NCBI RefSeq assembly: GCF_009914755.1
Contig: NC_060940.1
Strand: one strand, 5' to 3'
Length of the DNA: 64,000 nucleotides
Origin: the human T2T-CHM13v2.0 reference genome, Homo sapiens
The position numbers and the translations under genes are program-made. Every line of letters begins with the position of its first letter. The first letter of the stretch is position 1. Shown here one piece after another: positions 35,711-62,149 of this stretch. The notes under the pieces were generated by a model. It had not been told where the DNA came from. It searched no databases and saw only the letters and a list, made by a program, of their open reading frames with translations.

Positions 35711-36247
35711 TCAGCCTTGCAGGGGGCATCGTTAAGCGTACCAGAGGAAGATTTTCTACTGTAAGCTGCGTACAACAAGGCTTTTACAAATGAAGAGAAA
35801 ATAGAATTTTAATTCTGGTCCTGATTTTTTTCGCTCAGCTCTTGTTTACCAACTTGGCATCTTGTGGCCAGAGCGAGCCGGCATGGGAACTTCAGAGAGT
35901 TTGCAAAACCCCTTTAAAACTAAGCTGCATAAGTATCATTTGAAAAGGTTAGAGACAATGGGTGCTTATGGCCTCTCTTCTCTGTGAGCTTGCCAAGGCA
36001 TGCCAGGTTTTACTCCTTTGGGATGTTTCCAACTACAAAGTACTTTTCCACTCCCAAGATCACACAGCCTTCCAAATGAAATATTTTTTAAAAAAATCAG
36101 AGTCTGTGAGAAAAAAGAAAGCTATTACAATCAGGAAGAGAAATAACAGTCCTTTTTATAGCCACCCCTATACATATAATTAATGTGCCAAACTTGAATG
36201 TCATCATATAAATTCTATCTGGCATTTTCATTTTAAACAAGCATCTA

Positions 36248-36460
<213 letters not shown>

Positions 36461-36528
36461 TTAACTACTGTACAGAATTGGGCCATATATATTTTTTTTA
36501 ATTAAGTCCAAACTTTACAAATTAAGCA

Positions 36529-36818
36529 ATATATATGTGTGTGTGTATATATATATATATGTATATATATGTATATATGTATATATATGTATATATATGT
36601 ATATATGTATATATGTATATATATGTGTATATATATGTATATATGTATATATGTATATATATATGTATATATATGTATATATATGTATATATGTATATAT
36701 ATGTATATATGTATATATGTATATATATATGTGTATGTATATATGTATATATGTATATATATGTATATATATGTATATATGTATATATATGTATATATAT
36801 GTGTGTATATATATATAT
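36529..36818. repeat. (TA)n/(TATG)n low-complexity tract
   Basis: ~290 bp of tatatatg/tatatg units. Confidence 0.97.
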
Positions 36819-37604
36819 TGCGTTTGTGGTACACAGATGTCACAATCAATTTGTTTCATTGTAGTATTTTTGTAAACTTTTTTCCATGATCTTTCACCTA
36901 TAGAGATATGAAGAAATAGAAGAGTAGAGGTAGGCAGTTGAAGGATGAACGAGACAGTCACCTGCAGATGCCCAACAGCAGCCAAGTCACACATTGTCTA
37001 CTCTTGATCTAGTTAGATGGTGGAAAAGCAGTGCTGATTATAGCCCTGGCCTTTCAACTGAAAACTTGGAATGAGAGACACCTGCTTCATTTCTCAGTGG
37101 CTATTTCTTTACCTGAAAAAAATACCAACAGGGATCAGAAACTGAGCAAGGGGACACTCTTCACGTTTTGTTAGAAGTTCTGAGTTCAGTTTGTCAACAC
37201 TGCAGGATGGCGGCTGATGGATGGATGCCCTCAACATAAGGAGAGCGCAGGATTCAGCTCACTCTTAACAGGCAGCAGGAAGAAACCCAAGTTGGGGGCA
37301 GGGGGAGAGTTGCTGAATTCCACCTACTGAAATCTGAAAAGCAAAATTGGTAAGAATGACGTTTGAAAGATCATTGGAATGTATGATGCACTGGGTCGAG
37401 AAATTTACAATAAACTCCAGTTTGAAGATGTGGCCTCAAGAAACACAAACTGAGAATGGATCACGCTGGTCCGCCTCCAGTTTGTTGAACCCAGGTTCCT
37501 GTGTTCCCGCTGCCTTTGGCCAGCAGCCCTGAGTCACCCTTTATCTGTCAAAGAACAGGTTTTCTTCATTCAATGAGCAAATAAACTATTGTTTCCTTGC
37601 AATT

Positions 37605-37608
37605 TCTT

Positions 37609-37639
<31 letters not shown>

Positions 37640-37918
37640 GAGATGGAGTCTCGCTCTGACGCCCAGGCTGGAGTGCAGTGGCGCTATCTCGGCTCACGGC
37701 AGGCTCCGCCCCCTGGGTTCACGCCATTCTCCTGCCTCAGCCTCCGGAGTATCTGGGACTACAGGCGCCCGCCACCACGCCCGGCTAATTTTTTGTATTT
37801 TTAGTAGAGACGGGGTTTCGCCGTGTTAGCCAGGATGGTCTCGATCTCCTGACCTCGTGATCCACCCGCCTCGACCTCCCAAAGTGCTGGGATTACAGGC
37901 GTGAGCCATCGCGGCCGG
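37605..37918 (-). mobile_element. AluY-type SINE (youngest-looking Alu in the window)
   Basis: CpGs largely retained; AluY diagnostics ttcacgccattc and ggatggtctcgatc; TSD gcaattt(c/a)tttct. Confidence 0.93.
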
Positions 37919-38057
37919 CAATTTATTTCTTGGATTGTGAGGAACATTTGTCCTGTAGACTTTTCTATATTCTAGACCTTTCTGGTTGCATCCCTACACA
38001 CTTCCTGTGAACTGGTGTTTACAGTACAAGCTCGAGACACTCACTCAGCTCTGCTTA

Positions 38058-38266
<209 letters not shown>

Positions 38267-38656
38267 AAGCATATAGGTGACGAAGAAAATAAGTTTTAAC
38301 ACAAACTGTATCAATCCTGATGTGAAAAGTTGTGTCATCATTGTGTTTCTTTTTATATGCTTTCTTCAGTTTTCAGTGGTTTGAAACATTTCAGGCAATC
38401 TGACATACTAGAGAATTTAACATACAATTTTAATTGTAATCCTCAGGAAGCTCTAGCTATTTAAGCGTGCAATCAACGTTTAAATGCTAAAGAGTTCTGA
38501 CTTTCTAAATAGATAAGTTTGATTTTCAACATCTAGAAACACTTTAAGGTTTTGATCTTACTAAAGGTACATTTTGATTAATGTATATTTGACTTATAAG
38601 ACTTATCTAAATCCCTATCAAGATTTTATTCTTCAATATGTAAGGCTCTCTCTTAG

Positions 38657-38713
38657 GTGCCTGCAAAATTCAGATTTAAAGAAAGAGCTGAACTTTCCTA
38701 TGTGAACTGCAGG
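38657..38713 (+). other. Candidate 57-nt exon
   Basis: ctctctcttag acceptor and AGG|GTAAGT donor. Motif evidence only. Confidence 0.25.
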
Positions 38714-38719
38714 GTAAGT

Positions 38720-41090
<2,371 letters not shown>

Positions 41091-41301
41091 TTTAAAAGGG
41101 GGGTTAAGAAAAACTAAGATTTAACTGTATAACTTAATAAATTGAATATTAAGACACCATCATCTGTAAGTTTGCATGCCTTCATAATTGAAATAAATGA
41201 AAATTTAAATTAGAATTCACTGAAAAAAATGCTATTTTTCCAATCTGTTTACAGACCGTTTGAATCTACCCAGTGATTCCTCTAGAAACCTGGGGGCATG
41301 T

Positions 41302-42016
<715 letters not shown>

Positions 42017-42539
42017 GTGGGTCTCTTTGGTTCTCTGATTCTAGATTTTGAGAGGGAGCAGCTAAGAATGTCATAGATTCTGTATAAACATCTTCATCAG
42101 AAAACGTTTGCTTTTACTCCGGAGAACTCAAAGGAGACTTTCATAGTAGTGTGGCAGGGTCTGAGGCCCAGTCGGTGTCTGTGGACTTATCCTAAGGGGG
42201 TGCACCAGAATGGGGGTCTTAACTTTCTTCATTCTGATGAGCTTGGATTTCAGTCTTTACTCAGAGCCCTGATTCTTAGCAGGGGTCAGTCCCCTGGTAG
42301 GGAGGCTTAGAGTCCTGCTGATGACTCTGCCCAGTCCACATACATCCTCTCTCCTGGACCCTGGAGCGCTGACCTTTGTTCCTGGTAAGGGTGACTGCAG
42401 TCAGGAGTCTTGCAGCTTATGAAAATGTGTCTTACCCTCAGGTGTACAGAGATAGAAGAAAGACTGGCCAGTCCTGCCTCAGGATTTCCCACGGCCAGCT
42501 TGTTGACACTGATGGCTCACGTGATGTCTCCTTCTTTAG

Positions 42540-42609
42540 GTTACCTGGTGTATTTCACAAGGCCCGTGACGATGCATCGGGCGGTGTCTCCCACAGAGCC
42601 TACTCCGAG
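42540..42609 (+). pseudogene. WDR59: WDR59-like exon C
   Basis: tctccttctttag|GTTAC...CCGAG|gtgagt; 70 nt; (G)YLVYFTRPVTMHRAVSPTEPTPR. Confidence 0.9.
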
Positions 42610-42870
42610 GTGAGTCCGGGAGATGCAGAAGCTGCTCTACGTTCCCAGGGCCAGAAGTGGCCAGAGACCTGCGAAGAACCACACAGTCTGTCTTTGGACA
42701 ATGCGTTTTAGTTCTTCAGTAAACTCCCATTATAAGATTTGAGAAAGATGGAAGTTTATTATAAAAAAGCTGAGATTTCTGCTCTAAGGTTTCTATCAAA
42801 CCATTTGAAGTAGCTTGACAAAAGCTATTGTCAAAACAAGGCAAATTCTTTTTAAATGTGTTTTCTCCTA

Positions 42871-43300
42871 TTTTTTGTTTTTTGAGATAGGCTCTCACTC
42901 TTGCCCAGGCTGGAGTGCAGTGGCACAATCACGACTCACCGTAGCCTTGAATTCCCTGGGCTTGGGTGAGTTTTAAATGTCACAATCACGACTCACCGTA
43001 GCCTTGAATTCCCTGGGCTCAGGTGAGTTTTAAATGTGCCTTTTTTTTTTTTTTTTAATGTGCTTTCCTCCTTTTTTTTTGTTTGTTTGTGATACGGTCT
43101 CACTCTGTTGCCCAGGCTGGAGTGCGGTGGCACAGTCACGGCTCACTGCAGCCTCCAACTTCGTGGGCTCAGGTGATCCTCCCACCTCATCCTCTTGAGT
43201 GGCTGGGACTACAGGTGTGCATCACCATGCCCACCTAATTTCTTTTCTTTTCTTTCTTTCTTTTTTGTAGAGACAGGGTTTCACCATGTTGCCCAGGCTG
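42871..43300 (-). mobile_element. AluJ fragments with a 57-bp tandem duplication (42924-43037)
   Basis: cacaatcacgactcaccgtagccttgaattccctgggc..ggtgagttttaaatgt occurs twice. Confidence 0.85.
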
Positions 43301-43468
43301 TCCTATTGTTAAAGTATTATTTATTTTTTAAAATTATTTTAATGTTATTATTTAATTAATATTAAATACGACCGAAAAAATAACAGAATAATCATCTGTA
43401 GTTCCATAACACTAATATGCCACTTCTAACCTTACCAAGACATGTAATTTTTAAAAATTACATAAGTA

Positions 43469-43824
<356 letters not shown>

Positions 43825-43959
43825 TTACAATGTGAAAGCCCTTATTTTCCTTTTCCATGTCTCTGAGAGAGCCATGTTTAATAACGGAACATATATCTGT
43901 CCAGTTGTCATTATTTTTCTGTGCTTTCTTTCTTTCTTTGTTTTTTTACAGATAATCTA

Positions 43960-44510
<551 letters not shown>

Positions 44511-44929
44511 TTCGATTACTGGCTTTTAAAACTTTAGGGTAATACAGTAGACTTCTGGTTCTGCAGTCTGGTGACCAAGATATAATAACTTGCAGACCTC
44601 CCTGCTGCAAACCCCTGAAGGTGCTGGATACAGTATAATCAGCATAGTTGTGAACTATAAGCTAACAAGAAAGAAAGGGGACTGAGTGATGTGTGTGAGC
44701 AGACACTGCTGCTTTGCCGAGAGGCGGCCAGTCTCTGCAGTAACCCGGGCAGATGACACCTGGGCCCCATGAGAACTGGGGTTCAGTACTAGGGAACACC
44801 TGCATCACTCCCAATTCCTTATTGGAGTAGAAAACAGTCCCCTTTTCTCAAAGGGAAACAAAGAATATCTATATCTGGCCTTTGGATTAGAGGGAAAATT
44901 GTTCCTATTAGAATGTTTTTCAACTGACA

Positions 44930-45540
44930 GTCCTTTACTGAGGTATAGTTGACAAAACACAAATCTGAAGATTATAGCTCGGTGACCAACACTCATATTA
45001 AGATACAGAACATTGTCCTCACCCCTAAAGGTTCCCAGTCCCTTTTCCCCAGCCCTTCAGCACCCAGAGGACACCACTATCTTGACTTGTCATCATAGTT
45101 TAGTTTTGCCTGTTCTTGAACTTCACTGAACTGGAATCGTGCGGCATGGCCTGTTTTATGTCTGGCTTACTTTGCTCACCTTAATGTTATTGACATTGAT
45201 CCACATTGCTGCTAGTGTCAGTATGTCCATCATACGAATATAACACAGTTTATTCATTGTCTTAATGATAGATATTTGCATCGTTTCCAGTTTTTGGCTG
45301 TCATGGGCAAACCTGGACACCTATGTTCATAAAAAGATTTGTATATTAATGCCTACACCTGACAACAATTCCTTAGTCATTGGATAGGTGTATGTTTAAT
45401 TTGAGAAATTACCAAAAAGTTTGTGCCCAGCAGTTGTGCCATTTACCCTGTCACCAGCAATGTTTCAGAGCACTGGTTGCTACACGTTCTCTGCAAAACG
45501 TGGTACTGCCAATCTTTTTACCCTTGATCTTGGCCAAATG
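44930..45540 (-). mobile_element. Old L1ME-type 3' fragment
   Basis: tttactgaggtatagttgac..agatacagaacattg..gttttgcctgttcttgaacttc. Confidence 0.65.
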
Positions 45541-45699
45541 GCCGAGAAGAGATTGCTCATCTTTTCAACTTTTAGCCACTGTGGTGATGAGAGAAAGAGC
45601 ACGCAAACTGGAAGCAGCAGTGTGTTTATAACCCAATCTCAGAAGTGAGATGGTATCACTTCCCCCATATTGTATTAGTGACAGGGATCAAAACAAAAG

Positions 45700-46240
45700 A
45701 ATACAGACACTCAACTCAAACAGATACTTGTCCACCAATGCTCACAGCAGCTTTATTCCCAATAGCCAAAAGGTGGGAACAGCTCAAGTGTCCATCAACC
45801 GATGAATGGACAAACAGAATGTGGTGTATCCATGCAATGGAATATGATTCCTCCACATAAAGGAATGAGGTTCTGATACACACTACCACATGGACGCACC
45901 TGCAAGGCCTCATGCTGAGTGAAATAAGCTACACACAAAAGGACAAATATTATGATTTCACCAGGTATAGGAAAGAACTCAGAACAGGCAATTCATAAAC
46001 ACAGAAAGTAGAGGTTACCAAGGGCTGGGCAGTGCAGAGGGTGGGGCATTCTTATTGAATGGGTATGGGGTTTCTGTTTGGGAAGATACAGTCCTGAATT
46101 TGGATAGTGGTGATGATTGCACAACATCATCAATGTACTTAATGCCACTGAACTGTACATTTTAAAATGGTAAAAATGGGGGAAAATGTTTAAAATGATA
46201 AATGTTTATGTTATATATATTTTACCACAATAAAAAAAAA
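45700..46240 (+). mobile_element. L1MB-type 3' end
   Basis: ORF2 C-terminus TCPPMLTAALFPIAKRWEQLKCPSTDEWTNRMWCIHAMEY, then 3'UTR and A tail. Confidence 0.85.
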
Positions 46241-46803
46241 GCAGCTATTCACAAAGCGGGTCTGTGCTGTGCACTAATTAAGGTCCACTTGATAGAAATG
46301 CTCTTTTTATAATTAATTTTTAAATTCTTTTTTCTTTGTATTTATTTTGTTTTTACCACAATAATGACTAAGAAATGCTTTTTTTTTTTTTTTTTTTTTT
46401 TGGATTGGCTTCCTCAAATGCTGGGGAGCAAATGCCGACTCCTTTTTCCAGAACGCCTGTACTCTCTTTGCCTGTGAACAGTAACAACAAATGCTTATAT
46501 CTGGTGTCTTGAATGTCAACTTGGAAAAGCTAAATGATTTTTCAAAATTATTACCAAGGCTTTCTTGTTATTGCCTAAGAAAATCCCATAAGCTCAAAAC
46601 AATCATTTCTGAAATCTTAGAACCAGGAGATAAAAATCACGATACATTTGCCAAAGTCTACCCCCAGGTTTTTGCTGTAACTTAACTACTGGTCATTCAA
46701 GGCATAAAGGGAGGAGCAGGCGGGAGGCTTGAGCCCTCAGCCACAGGTCCACTGTGTGTACATGTCAGTTACACTACCAGGGAAACAAGAAATGAGTATC
46801 CTA

Positions 46804-47184
<381 letters not shown>

Positions 47185-47499
47185 CTAATCCAGATGGAGA
47201 GGCCTTACATTACAGTAGGCAGATTAGAGGTGGTGAGTGATATAAGCGGTGAAGGGTGGGCTTCCAGGAGCTGCTCAAATTTGTGGGGCCTGGAAACCAC
47301 ATACAGGAAGCCCCAACAAAGCTCCTCTAAGCACAAGAGGCATTGGTCATCTGCTGTGTCAGACTGCCATGTGGCCAGTGGGTCACCAGCACACCACAGG
47401 GTCCATTCACAGGTGGGTCCCCAGCCAATGGGCGGGAGCCGGGAAGGAGGGGTCCATGCCTAGGCCAACGTAGGTTTTCAGAATGAAAGAAGAATGGGT

Positions 47500-47680
47500 T
47501 CGTTCAGGAATCTGACCATGTGCCTCTGACTCCAGCTCTGCCAAATACTAGCCTAATGGCCCTGGGCAACGCTCTTAACTAGGTCTCAGTTTCCTCATTT
47601 GTAAATGTGGGAAGAAAATACCTCCCGTTCAGGGTTGCTGTAAGGATGAAAGGTAATGAACTATTTACAAAGTGCCTGTC
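47500..47680 (+). mobile_element. MIR fragment
   Basis: tctcagtttcctcatttgtaaatg core. Confidence 0.7.
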
Positions 47681-47896
47681 GTTTGGGGTTCTCAGATGAA
47701 TGGGGCCACCATGCTGAAATCTGCCTGACTTTGTTATTTAAAATAGTTTTAATGATATGCTCTATGGGAACTCTGTCCTTTCTGCTCAACTTGCAGTGAA
47801 CCTAAAACTGCTCTAAAACACAGTCTATTTTTTAAAAAAGCAAGGTTCCCTTTGAGCATCACTGCCAACCTTGGTCTTCCTGCTGCTCTAAGGTAA

Positions 47897-48289
<393 letters not shown>

Positions 48290-48315
48290 CATTTTGCATA
48301 TTTGTGTGTGCTTGT

Positions 48316-48691
48316 TGATATGGTTTGGCTCTGTGTCCCCATCCAAATCTCATGTTGAATTGTAATGCCCAGTGTTGGGGGAGGGACCTGGTGGGAGGTG
48401 ATTGGATCATGGAAGCAGATTTCCCCCTTGCTGTTCTCGTGACAGTGAGTGGGGAGAGAGAGAGCGAAGTGGAGTGGGGGAGGGTGTTACACACTTTTAA
48501 ACAACCAGATCTTTGCTCTGTCTCTCCTGACACCACGTGAAGACATGCCTTGCTTCCCCTTTGCCTCTCACCATGATTGTAAGTTTCCTGAGGCCTCTCC
48601 AGCCATGCAGAACTGTGAGCCAATTAAAACTCTTTACAAATTACCCAGTCTCAGTCATGTCTTTACAGCAGGGTGAGAACAGACTAATACA
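48316..48691 (+). mobile_element. MaLR LTR (MSTA-like) with an internal ~60-bp inversion
   Basis: tgatatggtttggctctgtgtcccc...gaacagactaataca; 48452-48512 reads as the reverse complement of the consensus. Confidence 0.88.
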
Positions 48692-48942
48692 CTCATCTCG
48701 ATCTCCTTTCTTGCTGTCATCTGACTGTTCTATGAATCTTGATTAAAAGTATGTGATCATTAAGATACTGACTTCTACATCGTTTGTTGGAAGGAAGAAA
48801 GAAAAGAAGCAAGAGAGGAAGAGACAAAAAGACCAGAGAATAAGCAAAGCTACCAAGATGCTAAGGATTTGGCTGAGTAGATAAAAACTGGGTTTGTTAC
48901 TCTGCAAGTGGAGTTGGCCTGACAAAATGAGTCATAATTGCA

Positions 48943-49862
<920 letters not shown>

Positions 49863-50887
49863 TCATAGGCCAACCCTCATTAATAACTGCTTCCCACAGT
49901 GGATTTAACGACCTCCTTCCCGACACCCATTTCCCATTTCTCTTGGTAACCACCACTAACCCCACTTTTCAAATAACCCCTCCCAATCAGCCTACCTGTC
50001 CAGCAAGTTGACTTCCAGGAGCCCCCAAGACCCAGGCACTTAGAGACGAAGCCAGAGTAGATCTCCTTTCACAGGGCCCAGGAAACTTCCAGGCCCACCT
50101 GCAGGGCCCCGAGCTGACTGGCAAGCACTTAAACCTTGCTGGTGGGCGGCCCAAGGCCTCACTACACCTGTCAGCCCTTAGACCTCAGCAGCCGATTGGT
50201 ATAGGAAAAGCAGATGGATGGACTGGAATTGTGAATGGGATTATTCTTCCATGATTTAAAATGTGTACATGTGCAGAACTTTGGTTTTTTAAAGAAAAAC
50301 TACGAACATAGATGTAAGTTCTTTGTCATGTCTTTTTTTTTACTTAATATATTATCATTATTTGCTCCAAATTATTCCAAATCCCTTGCACTCATATCGC
50401 TCAGAACTGACTTCAGCTGGCCTGTTTGAGTTATTAACAAAACCTCTCTTCCCTTTTACTCTCTGCAATCAGCTTTTGAGACTATTTAGAAGAAAAGTCA
50501 AGTTTTCTTGGGTGACACTATTATTCCCATGGACTATGTAATATTCAGAATGTCAAAACTCTTTAGGGAGGGACTTTTCAAATATAATTTTAATTGTCAC
50601 TATCTATTAAGTAAGCTACTAACCTTAATGTCAGGTTGATGACTTCTGGCCATATTGGCATAACATTTGAAATGTCAAACACACCCATAAAAGCTGCCTC
50701 GTAATAAATCTGTTGATAAGCACACATTCTTTGGGTGTGTGCTTTATTTGACCCATATAAACATTTGGCTCCAGGTGTAGCCACCCCTATTAAAACAAAG
50801 TGGAGGAATGACAGTGGTTTGCACCCAACAATGGGTGCTGAGTGCTGCCTCCAATATGTGTCATTCTCAAGAAAAAAAAGAAAAGAC

Positions 50888-51196
<309 letters not shown>

Positions 51197-51320
51197 TTAA
51201 TAATAAAATACATGTCATTCTTCTTAGCCACGCACTGAGCAGCCTGCAAAAACTTCCCTTTTTATATTTAAAAAAGTTTTGTTTTGGGTTTTTGTGGCAA
51301 GAAAACCTTACAATATTTAA

Positions 51321-51830
<510 letters not shown>

Positions 51831-52101
51831 TCAAACCGTACAAAACATTAAAAATATAAAAGTAAAATTCTGTTCCCACCCCAACTCCCTCAGGCTGATT
51901 CGCCAGAGAAAATTCCCATTAACAATGTGGCCTTCCAGAAATTATCTATGTATTTATAAATGTTTATAAATTTATAAATACACTTAGAAATGTACATTTA
52001 TATATACTTGATAAGTTACATATTTTTATATCATTTATATATATTCAAACATTGATATAGTTTATATATCATATATCATTTTTAAGAAATAGAACCACAC
52101 T

Positions 52102-52603
<502 letters not shown>

Positions 52604-52817
52604 TAGAACCAGTTTTATATGTATTTTGTCTGTGTGTTCTTTGAACAATATTTACGGCAGCACATATAATCCGGATCCATGTTTTCCCAGTGTTTTGTAG
52701 TATTCCATTGCACGAACATATCCACAATTTCTTTTATCATTTCCCTGTTGATGAACATTTATTTAGGTTGCTTCCCCTTTTTCTCACTGTAATAAACAAA
52801 GTGAAAGTAAACATTCT

Positions 52818-55500
<2,683 letters not shown>

Positions 55501-55671
55501 TGTTGGCATAAACAAGGATACAGGGCGTGATGAGTTGAGTCCTGATGGTTTCCAACGTAAATCATGGTGGCGAGGCTGAGTATTAAGGGGCAGGAAAGGC
55601 ACATTCTTTCCAGGAGGCCCCATCAAGAGAGCAGGAAGAACTCTACGCCAGAGCATAAAAAACTTCAAGGC

Positions 55672-55998
<327 letters not shown>

Positions 55999-56456
55999 TT
56001 AGAAATTTAGAAATACATTCTTCGAATGTATTGAGATAAGACTATTACCCGCACTTTACAGAGGAGGAAATTGAAGCACAGTGCCAAACACACCACCAAG
56101 ACAAGATGCAAATCCACATTGTCTGGCCACAGGGTCCAGGCTCTTAATTACTACCCACTGACTCACCAATGCGATCCTTTGTCTTAACTTGCATTTCCCT
56201 GATTACTGGTGAGAATGGGCATCTTTTTTTATTGATTGGCTATTGGACTTCTGTTCAAGACCTCGATTTGGAGAGGTGTATAAAGGGGGACCCATGAGGA
56301 ACAGGTTCAGGGTGGGACAGCAAGTTTTCAGAGTCAGAGCTGGCAGAGACCTGGTTGGGGGCCATCGCCTGCTCAGAGTCAGGGCTGGGTAGCATCGCTG
56401 GTATCAGCACCTAGAATCATCTCAGAATATAATTTAGGCAATTAGCCACCTTGGCT

Positions 56457-56590
56457 AGGGTGGCCAGATTTTGCAAATAAAAATACCAGATGTCCATTTA
56501 ACTTTGAACTTCAGGTTAAGAACAAATAAGTATGTTCCAAATGACATCCAGATTTGCCTGAGGATCCTGTATTTTATCTGACAGTACCCA
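56457..56590. mobile_element. MER53-like hAT-Blackjack MITE
   Basis: tagggtggccagatt..aaataaaaatac...tgtattttatctg. Confidence 0.6.
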
Positions 56591-56605
56591 CACTGGCTGC
56601 CTTAG

Positions 56606-56989
<384 letters not shown>

Positions 56990-57174
56990 TAACATAGCTG
57001 TAGTGGAGATTGTTGTGTGCCACTAAAACCCCTTATACTGTGTCTCTATCAGTGTGGAAAAATAAATGAAAGATCTAGAAGGCTGAGTGTTTTAAGAAAA
57101 ATGGGACGGAACACAATTTTATATACATATATATTTTATTATATATTAGTTTTCTTATATATATATTAGTGGTA

Positions 57175-57381
57175 TATTTTATTTTAGATTCAGGGCTACA
57201 CGTACAGGTTTGCTATTTAGGTAAACTCGTGACTTGTGGGTTTAGTGTACATATTATTTTGTCACCCAGGTACTAAGCGTGGTACCCAATAGCTGGGTTT
57301 TATTTTCCTGAACTTCTCCCTCCTCCCACCCTCCACCCTCAAATAAGCCCATGTCCGTGGTTCCCCTCTCTCTGTCCATGG
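57175..57381 (-). mobile_element. Older L1PA (L1PA13-16-like) 3' end
   Basis: ttttagattcaggg..caggtttg..gtcacccaggtactaagc..ccctcctcccaccctccaccctcaa; TSD gaac(a/g)caatt. Confidence 0.8.
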
Positions 57382-58002
57382 AGAACGCAATTCTCTAAGG
57401 AAGAGAAAATAGTGCAATATGCTTAACATGCGAAGTGCCTGCCTGGAGAATTCTACTTAATGTGGTTATGAAACAAATCATAACACCTGCTTGCTTCATG
57501 TACTTACATTACGTGCCTGAACCCCGTAGGCTTTGGAGTTTGCGACACCTGGAATAGTTCTGCATTTTTATTTTACGGATGAGTAACTGGAGATTGACAG
57601 AGGTTCTGTAACTTCTCTCAGTCACACAGCAAAGCTGGAGTGAGAACAAAGGTCTCCAGATTCACAGATGCTATTCCCACTGCTCCAAATTCCTGATCCA
57701 GAAAATTCATTCCCGTAAGTTTTGTGCGTACAAAAATGTATCACAAAAGAGCAGGAATCATGTCTAATTAACAAGTGTGCCCCCATAAAGGGTAGCATAA
57801 TTGCCCGAAACTGAATAGATACTCCTTAAATGGTTGGATGGAAAAGTAGAATCAGGCCTTTTGAAAAATAGTCAGTGATTTAAATATTAATTTATTGAGT
57901 ACCGTGAAATTTTTGCCAACCCAAAGTTGACCTTTGAATGATAGAACATAATCAGGCAGGTAAAAGGAAAGGTGGTCAGCTTCTTTCATAAGGATCTTAA
58001 AA

Positions 58003-58298
58003 TTTTTATTTTATTTTTTGGAGATAGGGTCTCACTCTATTGCCCAGGCAGTTCAGTGGTGTGATCATGGCTCACTGCAACCTTGACCTCCTGGGCTCAA
58101 GTGATCCTCCCACCTTAGCCTCCTGAGTAGCTGGGACCACAGGTGTACACCACCATGCCCAGCTGTATTTTTTTTTTTTTCTTAGAGACACGGTCTCCCT
58201 ATGTTACCCAGGCTGATCTCAAGCTCCAGGGTCAAGCAATCCTCTCACCTCAGCCTTCCAAAGCGCTGGTATCACAGGCATGAGCCACTGTGCCCGGG
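58003..58298 (-). mobile_element. AluJ-type SINE
   Basis: TSD ttcataaggatctt. Confidence 0.93.
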
Positions 58299-58299
58299 T

Positions 58300-60620
<2,321 letters not shown>

Positions 60621-60699
60621 TTTGACCCATCTGAAATAGAAGGATAAACACAGTCTGTGAACTGTCCCCACCATGGTAGCTACACATTCTTGCCGTTAA

Positions 60700-60900
60700 A
60701 GCAACGTGATAGAGCAAAAGAAGTCAGGCTCACCTATAGGAGAGCTGGGTTCCAATCCTAGCTTTGTTGTTCTTCCTGCGAACTGCGGCAAAAGTCTCTG
60801 AGCTTTATTCTCACAGAACTGTCAAATGAGCTGTGTCTCTGATGGGGCTGGTTTGAAGGTCAACGGTGAAATACACAGAAAGACATGAACCTGGTTTCAG
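60700..60900 (+). mobile_element. MIR fragment
   Basis: ctgggttccaatcctagct...tctctgagctt. Confidence 0.5.
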
Positions 60901-61080
60901 CTCATTGTTTTTATTTTTTTTATCTTTTATTCCTTACTTCAGTTCCACCTTTGAACTCCAATGCTGGACTCTATGTTGTTGGAGTCCCCCTACCACCTTA
61001 CTGACCAAGCTCCTGGATTTGATGTGACCACATCCATCTTCCTTATTTATATGTGCACTGTAACTATGTTTCTCATTTTA

Positions 61081-61409
<329 letters not shown>

Positions 61410-61660
61410 TTAATGTCAGAGCTCTGATTTCAGCAATAATGTGTAAGACACATTCATGACCAACAAGGTGAGAGGCAGGATTTCAAACGGCTTTTCTGAT
61501 GTTACGTCTGCTCAATCATTGCATCAACAAATCCAGAATGAATTATAAGTGAGCTGATCTTTCATTTCACAACTAGAGAAGTGAGTGTAGACTAGACTGA
61601 ATTAACCCTTAACCTTATCTACATTTCAGATGGTGACGCGCTCACCTGCACTAGGTCTCT

Positions 61661-61676
61661 GCTGCCACCTAGTGTT
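61661..61676 (-). promoter_or_regulatory. CTCF-like motif
   Basis: gctgccacctagtgt is the reverse complement of ACACTAGGTGGCAGC, one mismatch from CCACTAGGTGGCAG; in non-repeat DNA. Confidence 0.55.
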
Positions 61677-62149
61677 AATAATTTCTCAGCTTTAAAGATG
61701 TCAATGTTCAGGAAGAGACCAATGTTCTAAAAATTACACCTTCAGCTCTAAAAATTACACTCCGAGCTCTTGCAGCCGTCTCTTACGGGATTTCCAACTC
61801 TTTCAAAGCTTTTTGTGGGAAAAACAAGAAAGAGCGTATCCTCTATTTATACTGCACAAGCAACCAGAAGCTTGGGCCAGTTAATGCTGAAAGAACTTTC
61901 AATCCGGAAGCACCCAAGGGGGAGAGAAAATGCTCTCCCGAATGGCAATTCAGGCCTATGACAGCAAAGAGCTGAGTTCAGTGAGAAAAGAGCTGCTATT
62001 TCTATTCCATTGTTTTTTTCATCCTTTATATTTTATCTTGGATTCACGTAGCAAAATAAAGTCAGTAGTTAGAGATTGTGTTGTAATTTATGTTGCTGTC
62101 AGAGAAAAAATATTTATGATAGAAGAGGAGCTTGGTCCTCATGTCTTTC

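Noticed and set aside
36502-36994. Overlapping Y/I/M/C-rich ORFs
   Set aside because: Artefact of the stop-free TA/TATG tract.
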